A stretch of 63,590 bases of DNA, counting the filler, from Octopus bimaculoides (lineage: Eukaryota): assembly GCF_001194135.2 (NCBI RefSeq). It is 5 parts of 4 records of this genome, joined end to end, with 100 filler letters (N's around TTAATTAATTAA, not from the genome) between each part and the next. Parts side by side here need not be neighbours in the genome. Positions count along the whole stretch, not along the records: positions 12,264 to 23,575 come from NC_068987.1; positions 23,676 to 50,180 come from NC_069001.1; 3 more parts are not named here. One strand, written 5' to 3'. Position numbers and translations under genes: made by a program. Each line of letters begins with the position of its first letter. Positions within the stretch are counted from its first letter, which is position 1. This document shows positions 12,800-24,169 of this stretch, piece after piece. The notes beneath the pieces were generated by a model. It made no database searches, was not told where the DNA came from, and saw nothing but the letters and a program-made list of their open reading frames with translations.

Positions 12800-13027
12800 T
12801 TATTACCCACAGGGGAGTAAACATAGAGGAGACAAACAAGAACAAGCAAAAAGGTTTAAGTCGATTACATAGACCCTAGTGCGTAACCGGTACTTCTTTA
12901 ATCGACCCCAAAAGGTTGAAAATTAAAGTCAACCTTAGCGGAATTAGAACTCAGAACGTAGCGGTAGACGAAATACCGCTAAGTATTATTCCCGGCGTGC
13001 TAACGATCCTGCCAGCTCGCCGTCTTC
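12800..13027 (-). mobile_element. SINE family B, near full length
   Basis: Reverse complement begins AAGACGGCGAGCTGGCAGGATCGTTAGCACGCCGGG and continues with the family body. Confidence 0.85.
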
Positions 13028-14261
13028 TTATTTTATATTAATAGTACTAATTAATATTTATCTAGATAAAATGCACCCACTCAATTACATTTATTTACTT
13101 ACCGATATATTTTAAAGACCAACCACTTCTTGTCCATACTGGGATTGACCATAGTCCAGCTTTGGTCAGTTAAATTTAAAAACAAAGGGCAAGTAATCAA
13201 GACTGTTGCACGAGTAGATGTAAATAAAAAATAAATAAAATTAAAAGTATGGAGAAGTAACATATGTTATAAGTGAACCAAGGCCGCTTAAGACATTATA
13301 AATTAAACAATCAAACGTGTAAACAAGCACCATGTGAAGGCAGGAACTACTGTTAAAAGGAGACTACCGTTAAGTGGGGGTAATGGTTAGGGCATTGGCA
13401 TTCAATTAGAGAAATATAATTTTAAGGTTATCTTCTTAAATAACAACCACAGTACACCTGAGGTGGTCTTACTAGACAAAAATTATTTTTTCCAGACATT
13501 CCTAAATATATTCAGCCTTGTGGTCCTATGAGAAGTTATAAGTACGTATCCCCAAATTAATTAAATTATTACAATTAAATCACTTGCGAATTACTATTAT
13601 AGCTAGATACCGGGTCCTATTACAGTTTGGTAGTCAATTGTTGTTGATCAAGATTTTTCCATTTCTGCTTAATTTGAATTTGACTCCTGATAAACACTTG
13701 TGTATTTTTCTTATTGCCTATATTCAATGACCATAATATGCCTGCATATGTATACCCAGGGTTAACATAGGTAATTTATACCGTTAGTAAAACGAATATT
13801 CTTATCCCTTAGACGGTTATTCCAACCGCTAAATCTACTAAACTTACGTATATACATATATAAGCATATATATACATTTTCATCTATACATATATATGAC
13901 CGTCTGCTAATACTTTACATGTACCACGTCCTCGCGGTGTTGTTTATTGTATTTGTTCTTCGTTTTTTTTTTATTTATATTTACTATATATATATGTACA
14001 ACCCTGACGAGATGATTACATTGTTTTACATCATTTTTATTTCCACCGGAATAATCTCAATGATTTCTTCCAAACATATGCTGGAAGTATAAATGATTTG
14101 AATAACACTTTTAATTTATCCATGTTATACAAAAACATTTCATTTAACCCTGGAATTTTTGCGTTTATATGTAGGCTATGACGTACTTGGCACTTATGTG
14201 AATTTTTGCTACTCTATTAAATATTTGTTTATTTTTTCCGTGTTATTCGTACACATACATT

Positions 14262-14293
<32 letters not shown>

Positions 14294-14976
14294 CACACNN
14301 NNNNNNNNNNNNNNNNNNNNNNNNNNNNNNNNNNNNNNNNNNNNNNNNNNNNNNNNNNNNNNNNNNNNNNNNNNNNNNNNNNNNNNNNNNNNNNNNNNNN
14401 NNNNNNNNNNNNNNNNNNNNNNNNNNNNNNNNNNNNNNNNNNNNNNNNNNNNNNNNNNNNNNNNNNNNNNNNNNNNNNNNNNNNNNNNNNNNNNNNNNNN
14501 NNNNNNNNNNNNNNNNNNNNNNNNNNNNNNNNNNNNNNNNNNNNNNNNNNNNNNNNNNNNNNNNNNNNNNNNNNNNNNNNNNNNNNNNNNNNNNNNNNNN
14601 NNNNNNNNNNNNNNNNNNNNNNNNNNNNNNNNNNNNNNNNNNNNNNNNNNNNNNNNNNNNNNNNNNNNNNNNNNNNNNNNNNNNNNNNNNNNNNNNNNNN
14701 NNNNNNNNNNNNNNNNNNNNNNNNNNNNNNNNNNNNNNNNNNNNNNNNNNNNNNNNNNNNNNNNNNNNNNNNNNNNNNNNNNNNNNNNNNNNNNNNNNNN
14801 NNNNNNNNNNNNNNNNNNNNNNNNNNNNNNNNNNNNNNNNNNNNNNNNNNNNNNNNNNNNNNNNNNNNNNNNNNNNNNNNNNNNNNNNNNNNNNNNNNNN
14901 NNNNNNNNNNNNNNNNNNNNNNNNNNNNNNNNNNNNNNNNNNNNNNNNNNNNNNNNNNNNNNNNNNNATATATAAA

Positions 14977-15016
14977 GGCGACTCGAGTTTCAGGGATATT
15001 TCCCTTCGTCATGGCC
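14977..15016 (-). ncRNA. Degenerate minimal type-I hammerhead ribozyme motif
   Basis: Minus strand GGCC-ATGACGA-A-GGGA-AATA-TCCC-T-GAAAC-TCGA-GTC-GCC: stem II, GAAA, palindromic stem III ACTCGAGT and GUC triplet; core C3 and the stem II/GAAA junction are altered. Confidence 0.55.
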
Positions 15017-15990
15017 GTTGGTGAAGTCCTGTACTTATTGTGTATGATTTTGTGCATTTTGTCCTATATTTATCTCTTGTGTGTGTACGTATATTTCACT
15101 CGTTGGTGATATCCTGTACGCAATGTGTATTTTTTATTCATATTTATTCATAACTGAATGCCACGCAGCATTGCTCATAGTAAGTTCTTACGTCTATGTG
15201 TAATTTCTGCGACTACACAGTTTTCTTTCTCTCTCTCCCGCTATAACCTTCTTTGCTTCCCATATCTGTCTTTCGTCCACTCCCCACTATCTGTAGTTTC
15301 TTCTCCCTTCTCCTCACTCCTTTTGTTTCTTTCCCTCATCCTCTCTCTTGCCCCCTTTCCCTCTGCCTCTCTTACTCACACGTGACCACCGGCAATTTCT
15401 CTTGCCCCTTCTTTTCCGGACTAGACGTTCATCGGGTTGGATGTCATTTTTCTCGGCTCCCGACATCATTCTTCTACTATTTACTTCTGATCTAATTATT
15501 GTATTCTACCATTTTCTTCTCTTCTAATTATTCTATTTCCTTGAAAAAACATTTCCCATGTGTTTTAATGCTTGCCTTCGTCGATTGCTTATTCTGTACG
15601 TCAACACTGTCGATGTTTGTTCGTTCGAAGCTTTAACTTTCCATGAATTTTCTAGTTTTTTTTAAATTTCTGGATACTGTTGTCTTATGAAGTTTCCTTA
15701 TATTGTCGTTGAAAGCATGAAACAGGAGTAATACACAGTCCGACAATTGACGAAGAGTTATCTTCGTTTGATATTTTGTCCTGTACTTTTCTCTGGTGTG
15801 TTCACGTATTCTTCACTTGTTGATAACGTATGGTGCTTATTGTGTATGGTTTTGTATTTTGTCCTCTAGTTATCTCTCGAGTATTTACGTATCTTTCACT
15901 CATTTGCGATATCCAATACACAATGTGTATCTTTTCTATTTTATTTATTTATAATCCAACGCCATGCAGCCTTGACCAGAGTGAGTTGTT
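15017..15990 (-). mobile_element. Probable decayed Penelope-like fragment bounded by diverged ~170-bp direct repeats
   Basis: 15017-15189 aligns with 15819-15990; hammerhead-like motif adjacent; basic, stop-interrupted reading frame on the minus strand between them. Family assignment is inference. Confidence 0.45.
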
Positions 15991-16011
15991 ACATATATTT
16001 ATATACATACA

Positions 16012-16304
16012 TATTAAAATTAATCAAAGGATACACTAAGTATGTCTACCTGCTTGAAATAACAGTCAAAACTCGTTATTAAATAGCCAAAAATACACTG
16101 GTAATTACTACAGAAATCAAACGAATGCAAATTCGGTTAAGACAATCTACTCACATATATTTAAGTATTTGAATTCATGTGGACTAGTTTCTGCATTGGT
16201 AAAATAAGTCTTAGCTTCTTCATCACGCATTACCAAGATAACAGATTCCCAACCTATCGTTGTGAAGTCTGTGGCACTACTGATTCGTTTTGCGCCGAAA
16301 TCAC
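16012..16304. mobile_element. Internally deleted, truncated copy of the foldback element at 16358-17058
   Basis: Starts TATTAAAATTAAT and jumps directly to CAAAGGATACACTAAG; carries the spacer in the opposite orientation. Confidence 0.8.
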
Positions 16305-16357
16305 AGTAGCTTTCAGTGTAAAATAATCTCGAAACAAAATTTACGAGAAAAATAATT

Positions 16358-17055
16358 TATTAAAATTAATTTATGAAGGTGTCATTAATTCTATTATTAT
16401 CCAATGTAACTATTTTAAGAATGATAATAACAGAATCAATGACACAGGCGCCAGCAGGTCAAAAGTAGATTTAAATAGCCGAGGGATTAAAACTAATCAA
16501 AGGACATACTAAGTATGTCTACCTGCTTGAAATAACAGTCAAAACTCGTTATTAAATCGGCAAAAATACACTGGTGTTTACTACAGAAATCAAGCGAAGG
16601 CAAATTCGGTTAAGGCAATCTACTTACATACATTCACGTGATTTCGGGGCAAAAGGAAGTAGTAACGGCACAGACTTCAGAATGATAGGTTGGGAATCTC
16701 TTATCTTGGTAATGCGAGCTGAAGATGCTAAGACTTATTTTGCCAATGCAGAAACTATCCCACTTGAATTCAAATACTTAAATGTATGTAAGTAGATTAT
16801 CTTAACCGAATTTGCCTTCGTTTGATTTCTGTAGTTATTACCAGTGTATTTTTGGTGATTTAATAACGAGTTTTGACTGTTATTTCAAGCAGGTGGAGAT
16901 ACATAGTGTGTCCTTTGATTAATTTTAATCCTTCGGCTAATTAATGAAATTTTTTGGCCTGCTGTCGCTTGTGTCATTGATTCTCTTATTGTCATTTTTA
17001 AAATAGTTACATTGGATAAGAATAGAATTAATTACACCTTCATAAATTAATTTTA

Positions 17056-17058
<3 letters not shown>
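16358..17058. mobile_element. Foldback/MITE-like DNA element with ~277-bp terminal inverted repeats and a 146-bp spacer
   Basis: 16358-16634 is the diverged reverse complement of 16781-17058; ends TATTAAAATTAATTTATGAAGGTGT / ACACCTTCATAAATTAATTTTAATA; (TA)n on the right. Confidence 0.85.
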
Positions 17059-17086
<28 letters not shown>

Positions 17087-18431
17087 CATACATACATATA
17101 TATATATATATTTGTGTGTGTGTGTGTGTGTGTATGTGTGTGTGTGTATACACACATATAAATGTATATATATATATATATATATAAAATAATATATCGA
17201 ACAACAGTTGACCCTCGTTGCTGTATGATTTGTAACTCTCTCACTGATGATTTGTTGTGTACAGGATTAAGCAATGACTCTTATAAAACTTAAATTCACT
17301 ATGCTGAAAGTACGTTGTATCGATTGGAACCTCATTGCAAATTATGCCTATAGCATAGCTTCCTCTATATTTTGTATTTAACTTAAATCGAATTGGCGTC
17401 GGGCTAAGCACTGACCTCTCTTTGGACATATGATTCTGACATATAACGATGAAATAAGAAATGGTTTCAGGTATTTTCAATATTTTGCTTGTGAACCTGC
17501 TTCCTGACGCTTGTGTGTGTATGAAATTTGCGTATGCGTTTAGATATTTGATAGAGTATACAAATATTGGCTTCTTTTGCATAAACGCAGTGACCATGTG
17601 ACATAGTAAATAATGAATAAAATAATTATGAGATACATATCTTTATTAAAAGGAATAACAGATGTAGAGAAATGGAATCTCTTTCACGAGAGAATTCTAT
17701 CAGTGGTTTGCATTTGATGTACAGCTCTTTCTGTTATTATGTTGCTGATTCATTCAAACAGTAACAAGAATCTCAGGAAAGGGATAGTGTGAAGCATCAA
17801 CAGTGTAAAGTGAATTCACATTCACACGCGTACACAATTACATGTACACATAGGCAAAAACGCGTGCATATATGCACAAGCACGTACATGCATACACACA
17901 TACGCACGCGTTCCCTCACAAATATATATTTATAATGTTAAATAGGTGTATAGGAAGGAAGGTAAATAAATAGATTGATATGAAGATAGTGAATGAAATA
18001 AAGATACACAAACACAGGCATGAGTAAAACGTTTCATCCTTTAAAATCCTAATATGACGCGATTTGTTAGTAATAATAATAATGATGACGATGGATCTCA
18101 GAACAGAGAGACTTTATTGATGTATATGAAGCGATCAAAATGTATTTCTAACTGTTTCAGATATTATCCTAAGTATACTATGTCAGCAAAAAGTTCACTC
18201 CAAATACAGAAGAATTCATGCAATATCGTTAGATTTACTTTATCAAAGTAATTTTCAGGAAGTAAAACATTTAATGCTAGCACTGTAGTTTTTTTTATAA
18301 GATTTTACACTGCGGTTTGGTCATATCAAGTGATTTAAATAACAAAGCATTTGAAAATACATTTCTATATTAAGACATAAGATATTATTTACATTCGACG
18401 GATATTTGTCCTCATCTTGTTTGTTGTTAAC

Positions 18432-20510
18432 GAAATCAAAGAGAGGTTATCATCATTAATTAGGAAAATAACCAGAGACGATGATAGAAAGAGAATCCAC
18501 CAAGATCTGGAAATGTCATATATGAAAGAATTTGAAATGATGAAGACACGCCAGATTAAGAAGTTTATGAAACTGAAAGGTCGGAGAATGAAGACTGAAA
18601 TCCGTCACCCATCTGTGAAAGCAGTAATTAATGTAAGTAGCCGACAAGTAGAAAGTTCTGAAGAATCAGTACTGAACAAAGGTCTCAATTTTGCGACAAC
18701 CACCACGCGTATTCCATACTTGTACATAATAGCCCCTATTGTACAGATAGCCATAAAGATACCAAATGTCCAGGGAGATGAACTAAGGTGGAAAATGAGA
18801 CAGGTACTAGAAAAAGCAAAACTTCCTAAACCAAACATCACTAAGGAACAAAAGTTCGCTATCAAAAGGCTACAGAGTGACAATTCCATCATGATACTTC
18901 CAGCGGACAAGGGAAATGCTACAACGGTGATGGTTAAGTCTTAGTACTCTGAAAAATTGGCAAGTCTTATAAGTGATGGTAGCTACAACAAAGAAAAGAA
19001 AGACCCAACTCTGAAAACAGACAGTAATTTATCGCAGATCTCGATCAAGAACAAGGATCACTTTACACCTATGAATTACAGACAACTGACTCAACGCTAC
19101 AGTAAACTACTACACATGTACAGTCTCCCTAAGATTCACAAGGATGGTATTCCATTAAGACATATAGTGAGCTGTAGAGCTTCTGCATGTCATACACTGA
19201 GCCGCTTCCTTGTGGATATAATCAGTCCATTCACAGGAAAGCCAACATCGTACGTGAATAATTCCACTCACTTCACAGAATTGATCAAGGGTAACCCCAT
19301 TGCATCCAACCAGATGCTGAGTTTAGATGTGATAAGCCTGTTCACCAAAGTTCCAACTGGTGAAGTATTATCGGTGATACAAAAAATAAACCTAGTGACA
19401 GACACACATCTAAAAGAACGCACTCGTATACCAATAAGAAACTTGATAGAAATGTTGACCCTCTGTGTAGAAACTACCTACTTCAGTATGGACACTGATA
19501 TATATCGATAAGAGGAGGGTTTAGCTATGGGTTCGCCATTATATACATGCAATATATACATGCAATATATACATGCAATATATACATGCAATACTTTGAG
19601 AATTTGGGTTTAGGATCAACACCACTAAAACCAGCACTATGGCTACGATATGTTGATGACACCTTTATACTCTGGTCCCACCAGAAAGATGTCCAAGTGC
19701 TGTTAGTTCATGTGAACTCAATAAAGCCGTCCATACGCAATGGAAAAGGAAACAGACAAACAGCTGGCATTCCTGGACGTATTAATAACACGCACCAAGC
19801 ATGTATTCAGGACATACGTATGCCCCAAGCCGACCTTTACTGGACGATACCTCGACTTCAATTCCCACCATCCATACAGTGTTAAGAGAGGGATTGCTCA
19901 GTGCCTAAAACATCATGCAAAGGACATAAGCTGTGATCGTGATACATACCACGAACAATTGATCAAGCTCAATAATGATCTGTTAAGCAAAAGGTACCCC
20001 AAAAGTATACTATCTACTCCAATTATGAAGAAGTGAGAGGATGATGCCAATAAACTGGCCACAATCTGTCTATCCTATGTGAAAGGCCTCTCCGAAAAGA
20101 TACAAAAGATATGCGGCCCATATGACACCAGGACAGTATTCAAGAGTAATACAACACTTCGCAAACATTTCCTTCGAGTAAAACCACCAATAGAATGGAA
20201 TATAAGCAAAGACTGCGTGGACTCCATCCCATGCAGTTGTGGTAGGTTATATAAAGGCGAAACATGTCGCCCCCACAAAATAAGGGTATTCGAACATCGC
20301 AAAGCTGTGACACGATGAGATATTGATAAATCGAGTATAGCTGATCATGTATGGAAAAATGGAGACCACCTCCCCCTGTGAGATGAAGTTAAAATAATAG
20401 ATAGAGAACACCACTGGAAAATACGAAAACTAAAAGAAGCAGCACATATGCTAGGACACAGCAACTTCCTAAACAGACCGAGCAGCATATGAGAACCGGT
20501 ATTACGAAAG
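18432..20510 (+). pseudogene. Disrupted Penelope-type reverse transcriptase / GIY-YIG endonuclease ORF
   Basis: ORF-track segments 18417-18944, 18957-19511, 19547-19885, 19740-20036 and 20079-20318 tile one PLE polyprotein. Confidence 0.92.
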
Positions 20511-20558
20511 GATAGAATAATAGTAGATATATAAGCCCTAAAAATTCACTCCATAATT

Positions 20559-20630
20559 GCCCACGGCGTAGTGGTTAAGAGCGCGGACTACTAATTCCAA
20601 GATTCCGAGTTCGATTCGAAGCAGTCACCT
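20559..20630 (+). ncRNA. tRNA-like Pol III module at the 3' end of the Penelope copy
   Basis: GGCGTAGTGGTTAAG (A box), 7-nt loop CTACTAA, GAGTTCGATTC (B box), then (AAT)n; closely matches 22174-22245 on the minus strand. Confidence 0.75.
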
Positions 20631-20903
20631 GAACAATAATAATAATAATAATAACATAAAAAAAATAGATGAAAGATATTCTCCCTATTTGCGTACACCT
20701 CAAATGTAAAAAGCTTCCCTGAAATAGAGGCTGTATTTTCTGATGACGGAATCAATTTACAATCATTATCTTGGACCACCAATTCCTGTTGGACTGGTAA
20801 AACTCTTATTCAGCTTCAATATATATGTATATATATTCGTATATACATATACGAAAACAAACCCACATACGCATGCATTTAGGTGTACGCAATNNNNNNN
20901 NNN

Positions 20904-20994
<91 letters not shown>

Positions 20995-22042
20995 TTCATA
21001 CACACATACATTCATTCATATATACATAAATACATACATATAAACATACACATAGACATAAGTACATACATTAGATGTTTTTTTATGTATGTATGTAAGG
21101 AAGATGGAATTAGATAACACAGGTGCCTACTACAGGCAGCACTCAATGATCGGGTTATTTGTAGAAAAAATAATTTTCCTCGTAGATAATGAGAGCAAAA
21201 AATCCGTTACATATACTTCTGTCTATGACTATAAATCACGTAAGTGAAGAGCTGAGTTAGTATCAGGAGTTCTTTATTGAAAACCAATTGAATTGAATTA
21301 CATAATACAGAAAGCCATTTGGTTACTCGCTTAAATACGGAATATTCACATTAAATAAAGTGGCTCGAGATAAAATCATTATGTCAACAAGAAGAGCGGT
21401 ATTGACCGAGTGTATTTGTTGATATTATAATTAACTAGAAATTAGTTGGTTTCAGACAAATTTATGTCATCTAATTTAAAGTGCCTGCTTGGAGGCAGCT
21501 TGAGTAGAAAAAATGCCGGTGTTTCTGTGTAGTATCACCTCATATTCAGGTCATCCTTCGCTAATTTTCTGTATGGATATCAATTTCTTGTGCCACTATA
21601 ACACATGAAAATAGCATGTTCGTATGAAATAATAAATCTATATCTATAACTTTCACGCTTGAATATTCCAAAGATTTCGGTATTTCGGATGAAATAAGCA
21701 CCAGTCAAATACTGCGGTCGACGTAATCGACTTCCCCCTTTCCTCAAAATTTGCTGGCCCTATGCTAAATTTTGAAACTAAAATTGAAAGGATTTACGAA
21801 TTTCATCCAGGAGTGTGTTTTCTTTTTGAAATGTAAGTGAAATTTCTTACAATGGAAGAAATTTTGTTCGCACTGCTGATTGTATCTACACGAAGAGCAT
21901 ATGATCAAATTCTGAACACACAACATCCAAAATGACTTAGAAATAAATAATCGGATGAAGTTAGTTGCGAATGACTAAGGACAAAATAATTCCTTACATT
22001 ATTTACATTTGACGGATATTTATCCTCATCTTGTTTGTTGTT

Positions 22043-22088
22043 AACACAACGTTTCGGCTAATATACCCTCCAGCCTTCGTCAGGTGTC
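22043..22088 (-). ncRNA. Minimal type-I hammerhead ribozyme (dimer-type, palindromic stem III)
   Basis: Minus strand GACAC-CTGACGA-A-GGCT-ggagggtatatt-AGCC-GAAAC-GTT-GTGTT: intact CUGANGA and GAAA, 4-bp stem II, 5-bp stem I (one G-U), loopless AACGTT palindrome, GUU cleavage triplet. Confidence 0.8.
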
Positions 22089-22173
22089 TTGGGGAAATTT
22101 CGAACCTGGGTTCCCATTCCTAACGATGTTACTATTATTATATTGTTATTATTATTATTCCTATTATTAATCA

Positions 22174-22245
22174 GGTCGCTGCCGTGAATCGAACTCGGAA
22201 CCTTGGGGTTAGTAGCCCGCGCTCTTAACCACTACGCCATATGCC
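22174..22245 (-). ncRNA. tRNA-like head (A and B boxes) upstream of the hammerhead
   Basis: TGGCGTAGTGGTTAAGAGCGCGGG-CTACTAA-CCCCAAGGTTCCGAGTTCGATTCACGGC; acceptor stem not intact, so tRNA-derived rather than a functional tRNA. Confidence 0.75.
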
Positions 22246-22561
22246 ATATGCCGTTGTGTTAACAACAAACAAGATGAGGATAAATATCCGTCAAATGTAA
22301 ATAATGTAAATGATTCCTCATCTCTTAAATATAGAACTGTATTAAAATAATTCCTNNNNNNNNNNNNNNNNNNNNNNNNNNNNNNNNNNNNNNNNNNNNN
22401 NNNNNNNNNNNNNNNNNNNNNNNNNNNNNNNNNNNNNNNNNNNNNNNNNNNNNNNNNNNNNNNNNNNNNNNNNNNNNNNNNNNNNNNNNNNNNNNNNNNN
22501 NNNNNNNNNNNNNNNNNNNNNNNNNNNNNNNNNNNNNNNNNNNNNNNNNNNNNNNNNNNNN

Positions 22562-22602
<41 letters not shown>

Positions 22603-22692
22603 TGTAAATATATATATATATAAATATATGATGAATATATATGTATATATATATGTATATGTGTTTATGTATATATGTGTGTACGTATGTAT

Positions 22693-23300
22693 AGGGTATT
22701 CGGGTTAAATTTGACAGTTTGCATTAAAGAAAAAAGAAAGCACAATATCCCATCCAAAAATAAAGCGTTTTAAAATATCAAACATATCAATTAGGTTATA
22801 CCTTGGTGATAAGAGTTTACAGAAAGAAGCCACCAAACACACTCCAAAAAGCAAAATTCATCAATAGAAGCTGATGTGTGTTTGGTGAACTGGCGTAGGT
22901 GTTTTCCAGTATAATTTCATTAAAACTGGCTTATCAATCACGGCCGAAGTATACTGCAGCCAACTGGACCAATTGATGCAAAAATTTACAAAAAAAAAAA
23001 ACAAAACAAAACTGCCTAGATTAGTCAAAAACAACTATTTTATTGTAAGATAACCCCAGACCACACATCGCAAAAATGACATAGGGGAAACAACAGGAGT
23101 TGGAGTTGATAGTTCTCCATCATACACTGTACTCACCTGATCTTGCCCGCATCTACTGCTACTTCTTTTAGAATTTGGATAATTGTTTGATCGGGAAAAG
23201 AAAATAGTTACTCTAGCTTGCCAGGCTTTTACAGATCCGGGCTGGATCTGTATATAAGTGTATTGACGATATGGGTGCATACTTCGATGAATAAAATTAT
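22693..23300 (+). mobile_element. Decayed mariner (DD34D-type) transposon
   Basis: KLMCVW*...SITAEVYCSQLDQL, L*DNPRPHIAK and YSPDLA motifs, ending YFDE*; possible terminus TA|TAGGGTATTCGGG at ~22693. Confidence 0.8.
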
Positions 23301-23475
23301 TTCTTGTATTTATAAAACAATAGCAAACATCTTTTTCTTTTCTACAAATTTCATACTCCGTAATTTATATACTCATATGGACGAACATGATTTTCATCAG
23401 CTTATGTACGAAATATCGCTTAAATAGGCACTTCTGCACTGCAGGTGCATTGAAATTCAGTAAATTGTTCCCAAC

Positions 23476-23518
23476 TTACTAAAGAGCGGTGCAGAATATG
23501 CCGAAACGATCGTTGTAA
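23476..23518 (+). ncRNA. Degenerate minimal hammerhead-like motif
   Basis: TTA-CTAAAGA-GCGGTGCAGAATATGCC-GAAAC-GATC-GTT-GTAA: palindromic ACGATCGT and TTAC/GTAA stem I; G5 mutated, weak stem II. Confidence 0.4.
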
Positions 23519-23675
23519 TAAATAAAGTTTCTAGTATACACTATCTTCCGTACAAAATACTTGTATACATATATTNNNNNNNNNNNNNNNNNNNNNNNNN
23601 NNNNNNNNNNNNNNNNNNNTTAATTAATTAANNNNNNNNNNNNNNNNNNNNNNNNNNNNNNNNNNNNNNNNNNNN

Positions 23676-24146
23676 CTAGATCCAAGGCTCCTTCATTGGA
23701 ATTTCAACATCAACAACAGGGTATTTTTGTTTTGTGTGTATGTATGTATGTGCAGATTTGTATGTTTTATGTATGTATTCTCATGTATATAGTTGTATAT
23801 CTAGACATGCTCATATATATTTAAATGATAAACTTCTGGAAAGTTTTACAGATTTTTACAGTTCCAGTGATGGATTGGATCTATAGTCTTCGAATCAGCT
23901 TTCTCCTTTCTGGTTTTGAGAATCCTAATTTCTCATGATTGGTATTTAGGCAGTGTGTTACATATCCCAGGGCCCCAATGATTACAGGTAGAAACCTGAA
24001 CTTGTAATCTGGATAGAGTAACTGTGGATTTCTCAATAGTTCAGCATAGGTGTTCTCTTTTTCACTGATCTTCAGCTTTATGCTAACATCCACTGGGCAG
24101 CTAATTTCCTCAACTGTGCACACTTTCTCTTCTCTATCCCAAGTCA
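23676..24146 (-). mobile_element. 3' fragment of an RLE-type (R4/Dong-like) non-LTR retrotransposon
   Basis: WDREEKVCTVEEISCPVD...EKENTYAELL...PVIIGALG resembles a restriction-like endonuclease C-terminus; 3' UTR shared with 60917-61283. Confidence 0.75.
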
Positions 24147-24169
24147 TGTATGTATGTATGTATGCATGC

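Larger units (their letters stand above)
18362..20660 (+). mobile_element. Penelope-like retroelement, near full length, decayed (RT + C-terminal GIY-YIG), with an inverted tail copy at its 5' end
   Basis: Broken ORF contains ILPADKGNATTV, YSLPKIHKDGIPLRHIVS, SLDVISLFTKVP, YR*EEGLAMGSPL, WLRYVDDTF, LAFLDVLI, YLDFNSHHP and IPCSCGRLYKGET...EHRK; in-frame stops at 18942 and 19509 plus frameshifts. Confidence 0.95.
21983..22355. mobile_element. Short non-autonomous Penelope-related element: tRNA head + hammerhead + tail, 58-bp perfect inverted repeats, 12-bp candidate TSD
   Basis: 21994-22051 is the exact reverse complement of 22252-22309; AAAATAATTCCT at 21983-21994 and 22344-22355; tail homologous to 18362-18431. 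Confidence 0.85.

Noticed and set aside
14000-14090. CTGACGAG as a hammerhead core
   Set aside because: No GAAAC after the possible stem II; the surrounding 13.0-14.1 kb may be an old element but could not be classified.
20559-20630. Functional tRNA gene
   Set aside because: Acceptor stem does not pair, no poly-T terminator, and it is embedded in a retroelement.
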